From Eledone cirrhosa (Eukaryota): a stretch of DNA of 64,000 nt. Under the pieces are notes generated by a model. It searched no databases. It was not told the DNA's origin and was given only the letters and a program-made list of their open reading frames with translations. Made by a program: the position numbers and the translations under genes. This document shows, one piece after another, positions 28,036-42,017 of the stretch. Numbering within the stretch: the stretch's first letter is position 1; every line of letters starts with the position of its first letter. The stretch is taken from positions 41,726,001 through 41,790,000 of the forward strand of contig OZ024752.1 in the NCBI GenBank assembly GCA_964016885.1. Direction: 5' to 3'.

Positions 28036-28841
28036 ATAATTGTTTCTACGTGAGGCACAAGGCCAGCAATTACCCAGTGTATTACTGGTACTTTATTTTA
28101 TCGACCCCGTAAGGATGAAAGGCAAAGTTAACCTCTATATATAACAATAATTGTTTCTACTTTAGGCACAAGGCCAGCAATTACCCAGTGTATTACCGGT
28201 ACTTTATTTTATCGACCCCGTAAGGATGAAAGGCAAAGTTAACCTCTATATATAACAATAATTGTTTCTACTTTAGGCACAAGGCCAGCAATTACCCAGT
28301 GTATTACCGGTACTTTATTTTATTTTATCGACCCCGTAAGGATGAAAGGCAAAGTTAACCTCTATATATAATAATAATACTATTTAATAATACTAATGGA
28401 GTAGTTAATATATAGTTAATATATAGTTATATACAGGAAGGTCAGTAATTTCTTAACTACCTTATTACCAGTAAGAGAAATAGCTCAATGTATGAACATC
28501 AGTTGTTTTACAGAGCAGTTAAATAAATAAATAAATTTATTTATATATATGTTAAGTATTTAAGTATTTCCATATTATTATTAAAAAGCCAAGGAAAAAA
28601 GAGTGCTCTTTTTATAGAACAGAGCTATTTAATTAGAAAGTGAACAAGACAATATATAATTACTCCACTATCAAAGGTTTCTGGATCCCAAACAATATTA
28701 ACATATGTCTAGATCGTTCATCAGACAGAGAGGTTTTATATATATATAATAAATGTGAAGACTAAAATCCAAAGAGGGCTCGATAAGGATAAATACACAT
28801 CAGCGATTCTTTGCTTAAACTTTAATCTGTTATTTTAATAA

Positions 28842-28887
<46 letters not shown>

Positions 28888-29256
28888 CAAAGGAAATGTG
28901 GTAAGGAACCAGATGGACCATAACGTACCAGAGTACTCAATACTTAGGGTAGTAGAGTGGGAAACAGGAAAAAGTATGACCCCCGACGGTCATTTCTGGA
29001 CTCCAGAAATAGCCGTCGAAACGGCTTGAGCTCTGCCGTCGGGGTCTTATTTTTTCCTAAATATATATATATATAGACAATTATTAAATATATAAATAAA
29101 TAAATAAATAAATGCCATTGTTAATTAATAAATAAATTAACTAATACCTTAACACTTCACACAAAGTAAAATATTTTGTTTTAAACAGAAAAACGAGAAA
29201 AAAATAAAAGGAAAAAAATATATTTTTCTTCCTAATAATCGTCTTTTTATCCCTAT

Positions 29257-29305
<49 letters not shown>

Positions 29306-29569
29306 GACATATATATATATATATATATATATATGATGATACACATATATATATATACATACATATATATATATATATGTATATATTATAGGTGTGTATA
29401 AAACCAAATATAAAAGCATTCTTGTCCATTCTTCGTTCATTCATTTTTTCATCATATGTTCTTACAGTAAATATCTCCAGCCAACAATACTATACAGCTG
29501 GACTTTAAGTGGACAAAGTCACATGTCTACACCATACTATATATTTTCTCTCTCTCTCTCATATATATA

Positions 29570-29795
29570 TTTAATTTTATTTTTATTTTTTTCATTCGCA
29601 CCTTTCCTTTCGCTATATGTCTCTCCACCACTCCCCTACACACCCTTTGAATTCTGTTCCCACACACTTCTCACCTGAGGAAGGGCTTATGCCCGAAACG
29701 TCGTCCCCCACCAACACCCCACTCTCCAGAGCGTGAAATTAATAAACATTCGTTGTACTGCCTCTCTGTTTTGTCCCTGTTCAAATTTTTCCATT
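29570..29795 (+). mobile_element. Penelope-like element 3' remnant with hammerhead motif
   Basis: CTGAGGA-A-GGGC-TTAT-GCCC-GAAA-C-GTC at 29675-29702, AATAAA downstream; homolog of 11860-12075. Confidence 0.6.
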
Positions 29796-30159
29796 ATATA
29801 TATATATATATATATATATGTGTATATGTGTGTGTGAGTGTGTATATATATATATATATATAATGAAGGAGTTGTGGTAAGGAACCAGGTGGACCATAAC
29901 GCACCAGAGTACTCAATACTTAGGGTAGTAGTAGAGTGGGTAATAGGAAAATGTATGAACCCGACGGCAGAGCTCAAGCCGTTTTGACGGCTATTTCTAG
30001 ACTAAAATCCGTCCAGAAATAGCCACCGTCATACACCAATTCATGTCATACATCAATTCATGTATTTTATCTGACGAGGACTGATCAGCACAATACCTTC
30101 GAAATGTATATAATAAAACATATATTTTGATTATGTGAATGTCTTCATTTATTAATATT

Positions 30160-30166
30160 TTGAATA

Positions 30167-30197
<31 letters not shown>

Positions 30198-30251
30198 TAT
30201 AATATAAGATCAATATAGTATATATAGTATATATATACATATGTATATATA

Positions 30252-30297
<46 letters not shown>

Positions 30298-30486
30298 TAA
30301 TACTGAGATAGCTGTGACATGATCACAACTTAAGGTAGCCACAAGATCTTATCTTATCTATGTTTATTATATAGAGACATAGCAATTATCTCAGTGTATT
30401 ACTGGTACTTTATTTTAAGGGGTCGATAAAATAAAGTACCAGTAATGCACTGGTATAATTGCTGGCCTTGTGCCTAAAGTAGAAAC

Positions 30487-30539
<53 letters not shown>

Positions 30540-31608
30540 CACATGCAATAAACACAATATATATAAATACTATATATACACATACATACAATTAACATAT
30601 ATATATACATACACATACATTAAACACAATATATATATATATACTATATATACACATACATACAATTAACACATATATATATACTATATATATATACATA
30701 CAGACAATACATATGTATATATATACTATATATATATACATACACATACAATAAACACAATATATATATATAAATACTATATATACACATACATACAATA
30801 AACACATATATATATACTATATAGATATATATACATACACACAATACATATGTATACATATACTATATACTATATATATATATATATACACTATATTTAT
30901 ACTCACAATACATATGTATATATATACTATATATATATATATATACACTATATTTATACACACAATACATATGTATATATATACTATATATATATATATA
31001 TACACTATATTTATACACACAATACATATGTATATATATACTATATATATATATACACTATATTTATACACACAATACATATGTATATATATACTATATA
31101 TATATATATATACACTATATTTATACACACAATACATATATACTATATATAACCAAAAGTTAAACAAGGTTCATTGATTAATCAACGAATATAGTTTTAC
31201 AATAGATTAGAAGCACTCTATATATACCCTCTCTCTCTCTATATATATATATATATACACACTATATTTATACACACAACACACACATATATATATATAT
31301 ATATATACTATATTACTATATATATATATATATACACACTATATTTATACACACAATATATATATATATATATATACACTATATTTATACACACAATATA
31401 TATATATATATATACACTATATTTATACACACAACACACACACATATATATATATATATATACACTATATTTATACACACAATATATATATATATATATA
31501 CACTATATATATATACACTTATATATATATACACTATATTTATACACACAATATATATATATATACACTATATATATACACTATATTTATACACACAATA
31601 TGTATATA

Positions 31609-31662
<54 letters not shown>

Positions 31663-31806
31663 TATATTTATACACACACAATATATATATACTATATACA
31701 TTATATATATATATATATATATACACTATATTTATACACACAATATATATATATATACACTATATATATATATATACACTATATTTATACACACAATATG
31801 TATATA

Positions 31807-31866
<60 letters not shown>

Positions 31867-32315
31867 TATATTTATACACACAATATATATATATACACAC
31901 AATATATATATATATACACTATATTTATACACACAATATATATATATACACTACATATATATATACACACTATATTTATACACACAATATGTATATATAC
32001 ACATATATATATCTATCTTACCCCACATACACATCGTTGTTATGGAGGCACGCCACTTTCCTCCACTCGACACAGCCTGGTACCGTTCCAATGCCTCCCT
32101 GCTATTGTGGCAGCTTAGCAAATTGTCAGTTGGTGTCACTCTCTTACTCTACACACACACGTGTGTGTGTGTGTGTGTTACTGTGTGTTGGTGTGTGTGT
32201 TACTGTGTGTTACTGTGTGTTACTGTGTGTTGGTGTGTGTTACTGTGTGTTACTGTGTGTTACTGTGTGTTACTGTGTGTTACTGTGTGTGTGTGTGTGT
32301 TACTGTGTTTGTGTG

Positions 32316-32356
<41 letters not shown>

Positions 32357-34100
32357 GTGTGTGTGTGTGTTACTGTGTGTGTGTGTTACTGTGTTTGTGT
32401 GTGTTACTGTGTTTGTGTGTGTGTGTGTTACTGTGTTACTGTGTGTTACGGTGTTTGTGTGTTACTGTCTTTGTGTGTTACTGTGTTTGTGTGTGTGTGT
32501 GTGTTACTGTGTTTGTGTGTGTGTGTGTGTTACTGTGTTTGTGTGTGTTACTGTGTTTGTGTGTGTGTGTGTGTTACTGTGTGTGTGTGTTACTGTGTGT
32601 GTGTGTTACTGTGTTTGTGTGTGTTACTGTGTTTGTGTGTGTGTGTGTTACTGTGTTACTGTGTGTTACGGTGTTTGTGTGTTACTGTCTTTGTGTGTTA
32701 CTGTGTTTGTGTGTGTGTGTGTGTTACTGTGTTTGTGTGTGTGTGTGTGTTACTGTGTTTGTGTGTGTTACTGTGTTTGTGTGTGTGTGTGTGTGTGTTA
32801 CTGTGTGTGTGTGTTACTGTGTGTGTGTGTTACTGTGTGTGTGTGTTACTGTGTTTGTGTGTGTTACTGTGTTTGTGTATGTGTGTGTTACTGTGTTACT
32901 GTGTGTGTGTGTGTTACTGTGTCTGTGTGTGTGTGTGTTACTGTGTTACTGTGTGTGTGTGTGTGTTACTGTGTCTGTGTGTGTGTGTGTTACTGTGTTA
33001 CTGTGTGTGTCCGTGTGATCGTGTGTCAGTAGTGTTTGTGTGTGTTACTGTGTGTGTGTGTGTTACTGTGTTTGTGCGTGTGTGTGTTACTGTGTTTGTG
33101 TGTGTTACTGTGTTTGTGTGTGTGTGTTACTGTGTTTGTGTGTGCGTATATCACACAGTTTGTGTGTGTGTGTTAGTGTATGGGTGTGTGATGCATGTGT
33201 GTGTCTGTGTGCTCATGTGTCAGTAGTGTTAGTGTGTGTGTGTCACACAGTTTGTGTCTGTGTGTGTTGCATGTGTGTGTCCGTTTTTCAGTAGTGTTAG
33301 TGTGTGTGTGTTAGTGTATGTGTGTGTTAGTGTTAGTGTGTGTGTGTTAGTGTTAGTGTATGTGTATGTTAGTGTATGTGTGTGTTAGTGTTAGTGTATG
33401 TGTGTGATGCATGTGTGTGTCCGTGTGTTCGTGTGTCAGTAGTGTCAGTGTGTGTGTCACACAGTTTGTGTCTGTGTGTCAGTGTGCTTGTGTGTGTGTT
33501 AGTGTATGTATCACACAATGTGTGTGTGTGTGTGTGTGTGTGCATCACATATGTCAGTGTGTGTATCACACAATAAGCATCTGTGTGTCAGTGTGTGTGT
33601 CAATGTGTGTGTCAATGTGTGTGTGTGTATGTTTATGTTTATGCATATGAGTGTGTGTATATTTGTGTGTGTATGTGTGTGTATGTGTGTGTATGAGTGT
33701 GTGGATGTATGTCTGTTTATATATTTGTGTGCATGCGTGTGTGTATGTAGGTATATGTGTGTATGTGTGTGTGTATGTAGGTATGTGTGTGTATATATTT
33801 TTAATGTATGTATGTGTGTATGTATGTATGTATGTGTATGTGTGTATGTATGTAGGTATGTGTGTGTGTATATGTATGTATGTGTATGTATATATGTATG
33901 TGTATGTATGTGTGTGTGTTTGGGTGTTTGTATGTATGTGTATGTATGTATGTATGTATGTATGTTTGTATGTATGTATGTATGTATGTTTGTATGTATG
34001 TATGTATGTATGTATGTATGTATGTATGTTTGTATGTATGTATGTATGTATGTATGTATGTATGTATGTATGTATGTATGTATGTTTGTATGTATGTATG
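30160..34100. repeat. TA-rich degenerate repeat followed by (GT)/(GTTACT)/(GTAT) repeats
   Basis: TATACACTATATTTATACACACAA modules to about 32015, then GT-rich repeats from 32160. Confidence 0.9.
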
Positions 34101-34471
34101 AGTCTGTGATATTTTTTCTCTATTAAATCTGTATTTTAGAATGCTTTTCTTTTAGGTGTAAACTGTGCATACATATGCACATATGTGCACATATGTGCAC
34201 ATATGTGTGTGTGTACATATGTTTATATGTACGGGAGCATGTGTATAAATAAGTATGGTCATATATGTATGTCTGTCCATATATTTATGTATATGTGTGT
34301 ATATATTTGTCTGTTTGTATGTGTGTGTGTGTGTATATGGTTTATGTACTTTTGAATATGTTTTATATGTATGTGTGAGCATGTATGTGTGCACGCGTGT
34401 ATAAGAGGGAGAGTGTGTGTATGTATATATATATATATATGTGTGTGTGTGTATGTATGTATATGTATATG

Positions 34472-34504
<33 letters not shown>

Positions 34505-34703
34505 ATTTTTGCTGTGTGTATATATCTTTATGGTTGTTTACTCGTAATCTTTCGGACTTAATCTTCCAGTCTGGGATTTGCCCTCTCTCCCCCCTCTCTC
34601 TCTCTCTCTCTCTCCCCCTCTCTCTCTATATCCATCTATCTATCTCTCTCTCTCTCTCTCTTTCTCTCGCTCTCTCTCTCTCTCTTTATATCTATGTCTC
34701 TCC

Positions 34704-34738
<35 letters not shown>

Positions 34739-34806
34739 GCTGTCTCTCTCTCTGTTTGTCCCAACCATTCAGTCTGGGATCTCACCCTCTCTATCTATCT
34801 CCCACC

Positions 34807-34892
<86 letters not shown>

Positions 34893-35274
34893 ATATTTCT
34901 CTATGTCTCCAATCCATGACACCAGGGATCACTTCCTTAACAAAACACTGATGTTTTTAATCCAGGAAACACACTAAAAATAACCCTTATCCTCTCCCCT
35001 ACCCCCTCTCCCCCACCCCTTATCATACCCCTCCCCCTCTTCCACCCCTTATTCTTCCCTTCCCTCTAACAACCCATTCTTTTTTCTTTGTTTCTTTTCC
35101 CCCTTTTTTTTTTCTCTTTGGAAAACAAAGAAAAAAAATGATAGCAATAAACAAATAAATAAGCATACAATTAAATATATAAATATATATATAAACATAT
35201 ATCCACAAATATCCCATGCTAGCGTGGAAAATGGACGTTACATGATGATGATGATGATGATGATATATATATAC

Positions 35275-35305
<31 letters not shown>

Positions 35306-35727
35306 CACTGAAACATATGTATATATACATACACACAGAAACATTTATATATATATATATATATATATCATTCATCATCATTCCATTTTACGTCCACTTT
35401 TCCCTGCTTGCAAGGGTGGGACGGGAACTGATTCTGGCTTGATTTCTACAGCTGGATGCCCTTCCTAACACCAACCTCATTTACAGTGAGTACTGGGTGC
35501 TTTTTTTTTTTTGCCGTGGCACCTCCACTTTGCAGTGCAATATGGACCCCAGTCCCTATCATCTCATTTCTACAGCTGAGTAAACTGGAGCAATGTGAAA
35601 TAAAGTGTCTTGCTCAAGGAAACAACACATCACCCGGTCTGAGAATAGAACTCACAACTTTTCGATTGCAAGGCCAGTACTCTAACCACTAAGCCATGTG
35701 CCTCCATATATATATATACATACACAC

Positions 35728-35761
<34 letters not shown>

Positions 35762-36208
35762 ATACACACATATATACATATAATATATATATATACATAC
35801 ACACATATATACATATAATATATATATATAAGGAGGAGGTTATAGTTCACTTGAAGCATTGTGTAATGAGGTATAAACGTTTGAATATGTGTAATAAGGC
35901 CAAGACAATGCAGGTATGGACATAGAAAAAAAAGAATGCAATAGTGAAAGATATTGATGTGAATTCGTCTTTCACCTTGAATTTATTTAAATATATATAT
36001 ATATACATACACACATATATACATATAATATATATATACATACACACATATATACATATAATATATATATATATATATACACACACAAAATACACGGAGG
36101 ACAAGTGAGGAGGGTGCTGTGCTGAATAAGACCCGTCCCACCCTTGCAAGCAGGGAAAAGCAGACCTAAAATGATGATGATGATGATGACATACATACAT
36201 ATATATAT

Positions 36209-36241
<33 letters not shown>

Positions 36242-36849
36242 ATATATAAAATAACTTAGAAAGGGAAAGTAGAAGAGAGGGAGAGGAGGGGGAGAGATGA
36301 AAGGAAGAAAGACAATGAAAAAGTGAATGAGACAAAAAAAAAATCAATGAATGAATGTAAAATAGAAAGAAAAAAATAGATGAAGAAAGAGATAGGGAAA
36401 AAAACAATGATTGAATGAAATATAAAAAGAAAAAGATGGAAGGTAGAAAAGAAGAAAAGAGATGTCTAATTAACAGAGAAGAAAGAAGGAAGGAAGAAGT
36501 AAAAGGGGAATGAAAGAATGGGTGACAGAATGAAAGAAAGTGAGGTAAGGAAGGATAAAAGAGAAGAAGACAGAGGAGAAGGAGAAGAAAGAAAGTTGAA
36601 AGAAAACTTAAGAAAAAGAAAAGTTAAGAAATAAAATAAAAAAATAAACTAAAAAATAAAAAGGGGTGGACAGGGGTTGTTCCCTAAAATTATGATTAAA
36701 TCAACAGATATATATAATGATAACACTCATATATAAACAGCAACATAGAATGTCCGGAACATGGAAGAGACAAACTCCCACTGTCAGCGCCTTCATCTCT
36801 CTCGCCCTCCCCCCCCCCATCTCTCTGTATTGTAAGCAAATGGGGGGGT

Positions 36850-37209
36850 CCCACTTTAGAAGGACAATCAGAGTGGAGAGAGAGGCACTGCAGCCCAGTA
36901 CATTTACTGAAAGGTGGGTGAATGAAGCGAAAATGGCCCGAGTGATTGGGCCTTCTCTGTTTATAAGCCTGTAGGTTGAGGAAGAGAGCAAAAAGAAGAA
37001 AGGAGCACTTACACAACACGCTCCTGGAGTTGAGGGTTGTTCTATCGACGGGGTATTAAACAACCCATTTGTGGCGCCTCCCCCCTATTGGGGATTTCGA
37101 TTGTTGTAATTGTTTGTTTTTATATTTTTTACATGACTGTATGTAAAATCCCCGGCATGTCTTTGTATTGTCCCCTTTTCTTGTTACGCCCTTGTGGCTA
37201 ATAAAGAAA
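36850..37209 (+). mobile_element. Tx1-clade LINE 3' fragment (second subfamily)
   Basis: HFRRTIRVEREALQPSTFTERWVNEAKMARVIGPSLFISL*, homologous to the ORF2 C-terminus; ends AATAAAGAAA-(TCTA)n. Confidence 0.9.
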
Positions 37210-37234
37210 TCTATCTATCTACCTACCCATCTAT

Positions 37235-37275
<41 letters not shown>

Positions 37276-37312
37276 CAGTAATCTAGGTGTGTCACAACCA
37301 TATTCTATCTAT

Positions 37313-37700
37313 CAACAACTGATTCTTTTTTTCAAATACCACTTTGGAAGAAGAATCAGGATGGAGAGAGAGGTGCTGTACCCCAGCAAGTTTTATGAAA
37401 GGTGGGTGAAAGTGGCGAGAATGGCCCGAGTGAATGGGCCTTCTCTCTATATCAGCCTGTAGGTTGAGGAAAAAGAGGAAGAGAGGAAAGGGGTACAAAC
37501 TCTTCGTATTCCTGGAGATGAGGGTTGCACATTTTTTTCGGGGGTATGTGTTACCCATATAAACTGTCTCCCCCTATTGGGGAAAATCGATTAATTTTTT
37601 AAATTGCATTTGTGATAATATTTTACACCTTTTCATTGTATGTAAACTTCCCCTTTGTATTTGTCCCCTTCTTTTGTGCCCCTGTGGTTAATAAAGAAAA
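37313..37700 (+). mobile_element. Tx1-clade LINE 3' fragment in (TATC)n
   Basis: Near-identical to 14517-14903; ends AATAAAGAAAA-CA-(TATC)n. Confidence 0.9.
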
Positions 37701-37997
37701 CATATCTATCTATCTATCTCCCTATCTATCTATCTATCTATCTATCTATCCATCTATTTCTCTATCTATCTATCCAGTAATCTAGGTGTGTCACATCCAT
37801 ATTCTATCTATCAATTTATCTCTTTTCTTACAACAATGTGATATGGAGTTTGTGAAAAGAAAAAGAAAAAGAGAAAGAAAGAGATGAAGAAATAGAGAAA
37901 GAAATAGAGAAAGAGAGAGAGAGAGAGCGACTAAGAAATATATATAGAATGGGATAAAGAAGAAGAAGAAGAAGAAGAAGAAGAAGAAGAAGAAGAA

Positions 37998-38029
<32 letters not shown>

Positions 38030-38035
38030 AGAAGA

Positions 38036-38066
<31 letters not shown>

Positions 38067-38369
38067 CTAAGAAATATATATATAGAATGTTCCAGTAATA
38101 ATAAGTCTGAGAGAAAGAAACATGGAAAAAGAGAAAGAAAGGAAGAAAGAAAGAAGAAAGAAGGAAAGAAAGAGATAAAGAAGTAGAGAAAGAAAAAGGG
38201 ATAAAGAATGAGATAAAGAAATAGAGAAAGAGAGAGACTAAGAAGAATATATAGAATGTTCCAGTAATAATGTCTGGACCTGTTTTTTTAAAAGGATTCC
38301 AAGATTAGTTGAGGTCAGTGGAGATATTCTCACTTGGATAGATTCTAAACTATTATTGTAATGTCACAG

Positions 38370-38830
38370 ATGGTGGTGGTGTGGTGGTGGTGGTGGTAGT
38401 GGTGGTGGTGGTGGTGGTAGTGGTGGTGGTGGTGGTGGTGGTGGTGGTGGTGGTGGTGGTGGTGGTATGGTGGTGGTGGTGGTGGTGGTGGTGGTGATAG
38501 TGGTGGTGGTGTGGTGGTGATAGTGGTGGTGGTGGTGGTGGTGGTGGTGGTGATAGTGGTGGTGGTAGTGGTGGTGGTGGTGGGTGGTGGTGGAGGTGGT
38601 GGTGGTGGTGACAGTGGTGGTGGTGATGGTGATGGTGGTGGTGACAGTGGTGGTGGTGACAGAGATGGTGGTGGTGGTGGTAGTGGTGGTGGTATGGTGG
38701 TGGTGGTGATAGTGGTGGTTGGTGGTGGTGATAGTGGTGGAGTGGTGGTGATGGTGGTGGTGACAGTGGTGGTTGGTGACAGTCGTGATGGTGGTGGTGG
38801 TGGTGGTGGTGGTGATGGAAGTGGTGGTGG
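38370..38830. repeat. (GGT)n trinucleotide repeat
   Basis: Direct inspection. Confidence 0.9.
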
Positions 38831-39246
38831 AAGAAAGAGAGAGAGTGCAATATGTGTATGTAGGAGTATATGTCATATATTGCAGTCATATACAATATGT
38901 ACATCTACACATGTATTCCTTGATACATATATACTGTCCATATACAGCAGATGTTAAATGATGATATGTGTGTGTGTGTGTGTGTGTCTGTGTGTATTTG
39001 TGTGTGTGTGTTGTGTAAAGGGGTAGTGCTGGTGTCACAACAGAATGCGCCTAGTGCACTCTGTAAAGTGGTTGACATTAAGAAAGGCATGCAGCTGTAG
39101 AAACCATGCCAGAATGGAACATTTGAGCACGGAGTGGTCATCTGGTTTGCCTAGTCTCAGAATGTGACAACCTAATCTATCCCATACAAACATGAAATGG
39201 TGATAACGATGATGATGATGATGATGATGATTATATATATATATAT

Positions 39247-39471
39247 AACGAAGGAAATGTGTAAGGAACCAGATGGACCATAACGCACCAAAGTACTCAA
39301 TACTTAAGGTAGTAGAGTGGGTAATAGGAACGAGTAGGACCCCGACGGCTGAGCTCAAGCCGTTTCGACGGCTAATTCTGGACTACAATTTAGTCCAAAA
39401 TTTTGGATTAATTGTAGTCCAGAATTAGCCGTCGAAATGGCTTGAGCTCAGCCGTCGGGGTCCTACTCGTT

Positions 39472-39475
<4 letters not shown>
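39247..39475 (-). mobile_element. Fold-back element (Penelope-like remnant) in (TA)n
   Basis: Inverted arms of about 65-70 bp across 39325-39475; same family at 28888-29060, 29862-30030, 46972-47200, 50890-50957. Confidence 0.65.
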
Positions 39476-39506
<31 letters not shown>

Positions 39507-40789
39507 TAAAATAACAGATTAAAGTTTAAGGGAAAAGGTTTTTTGAAATATTTACTGCTGCGTTCACAGATTGATTTTTTTTTAGTTTCAGAAGATCCCG
39601 TTAAGGGTGAAAGCAGCGATTCTTTGCTTAAACTTTAATCTGTTATTTTAATAAATATTTGCTCTACGGTTCTTATATATCTGATATATATTTATCCTTA
39701 TCAAGCCCTCTTTGGATTTTAGTCTTCAAATTTATTATTATTACTATATAAATCCCGCCGAGGTTGACTTTGCCTTTCATCCTTACGGGGTCGATAAAAT
39801 AAAGTACCAGTAATGCACTGGGTAATTGCTGGCCTTGTGCCTAAAGTAGAAACAATTACTATATATATCTGCTTCCCCTCTCTCTGTATCTCTCACCTTT
39901 TTACCCCCTCTGCGAGTCACACTCTCTCTCTCTCAGCTGGCCCCTTTCTCACACTTCCACTCACCCACTCTCTGCTTCTCCCCCTCTCTCACTTCCTCCC
40001 GTTTGACCTGTGTGAAATCCTCTTCTCGCTCACATCTCGCCCATGTCGGATGGTCTGTATCTCTCGTCCATGATTTCACCAAGCTTAAGCTTATAGATAT
40101 CATGTACTTGTCTCTTCCTATCTTTCCGTTGCAATATCATCTTTGTTTGTTTACATGTCTCACTCGCTCCACCCTATTTTACTTGTCCCAATAACTTTAT
40201 TTAATTATTGCTCGCACCAACCAGAGGTATATGATTTTTAAATCGATGAAATACCAATGAAGCTTGGAAGATCACTGATGAAGGACTAATTTTATTCATA
40301 TATCATCATCATTTCATCATCATCATTTCATTTTACGTCCGCTTTTTCCCTGCTTGCAAGGGTGGGACGGGAACTGATTTTGGCTTGATTTCTACAGCTG
40401 GATGCCCTTCCTAACACCAACCTCATTTACAGTGAGTGCTGGGTGCTTTTTTGCCGTGGCACCTCCACGACCACTTTGCAGTGGAATGATAGGGACCCCG
40501 GTCCTATCATCTCATTTCTACAGCTGAGTAAACTGGAGCAATGTGAAATAAAGTGTCTTGCTCAAAGAAACAACACATCACCCGGTCTGAGAATTGAACT
40601 CACAACCTTTCGATTGCAAGGCCAATGCTCTAACCACTAAGCCATGTGCCTCCAATAGCCATGGGCCTCCAATATATATATATATATATACACAAATATA
40701 TATATATATATATATACAAAGAGAGATAGAGAGAGGGGAGGAGGGGCTATATATGTCATCAAATATGGAATGACCTAATACCAACTAAC

Positions 40790-41345
40790 CTACCAGCCAG
40801 CCAGCCAGCCAGCCAACCATCCGACTAACCAGCCAACCATCTGACCAGTCAACCAACCATCCTACCGACCAACCAGCCAGCTAGCCAGCCAACCAACCAA
40901 CCAACTATCTGACCAACCAAACAACCAAACAACCATCCGACCAGCCAACCAACCAACCATCCAACCAGCCAGCCAACCAACCAACCATCCAACCAGCCAG
41001 CCAACCAACCAGCCAACCATCCAACCAACCAGCCAGTCAACCAGCCAGCCAACAAACCAACCAGCCAGCCAGTCAACCAACCAGCCAGTCAACCATCCAA
41101 CCAGCCAACCATCCAACCAGCCAGCCAGTCAACCAACCAGCCAGTCAACCATCCAACCAGCCAACCATCCAACCAGTCAACCATCCAACCAGCCAACCAT
41201 CCAACCAGCCAGCCAGTCAACCAACCAGCCAGTCAACCATCCAACCAGCCAACCATCCAACCAGCCAGCCAGTCAACCAACCAGCCAGTCAACCATCCAA
41301 CCAGCCAACCGGCCATCCAACCAACCATCCATCGACCAGCCAACC
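40790..41345. repeat. (CCAN)n tetranucleotide repeat
   Basis: CCAG/CCAA/CCAT units. Confidence 0.9.
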
Positions 41346-41469
41346 ATTCCTACAATTGTAGGCACTAGACAAGTGTTCAAGATGATATTGGTATTAGAAT
41401 ACAGCACAAGAAAATGTAGTAGGTGTGTGGTGTGGTGGTGGGTAGGGTGAGGGAGATGGGGGGTGTGTG

Positions 41470-41982
41470 GGGTGGGGGTAGTGGGGGTTGGGGTGTAGTG
41501 GTGGTGGTGGGGGGGGGGGGGGGGGGGGGGGGGGGTAGTGGTGGTGCTGGTGACAGTGGTGGTAGTGGAGGTGGTGGTGATGGTAGTGGTGGTGGTGCTG
41601 GTGACAGCGGTGGTAGTGGTGGTGGTGCTGGTGACAGCGGTGGTGGTGGTGGTGGTGGTGGTGCTGGTGGTGTAGCGGAGGTGGTGTTGGTGGGCCTTAG
41701 CACATCAGGAACACCTTGCTATAGTAAGACACGAATGCTGCAGCATCTGCAACAACAGATGCAGCAGTAATAACAGAACTAGTTGCAGTGGTTGCAGCAA
41801 CAGCAGAAGTAGGTGCAGTGATTTCACAAAGGTGTACATGTGCAGCTGATGTAAAACTCGGGTTGGTTGGTTGCTCTCTCTCCCCTTTTTTATTTTATCT
41901 TTATTACCTGGAATCCCTTTTTTATTTTTTAATTAAATTACTTTCTCATGAACCCTACACCACCACCACCACCACTGCCACC

Positions 41983-42017
<35 letters not shown>

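Noticed and set aside
40275-40300. CTGATGA hammerhead half-sites (also 22575-22582 and 63862)
   Set aside because: No stem II-GAAA completion visible.
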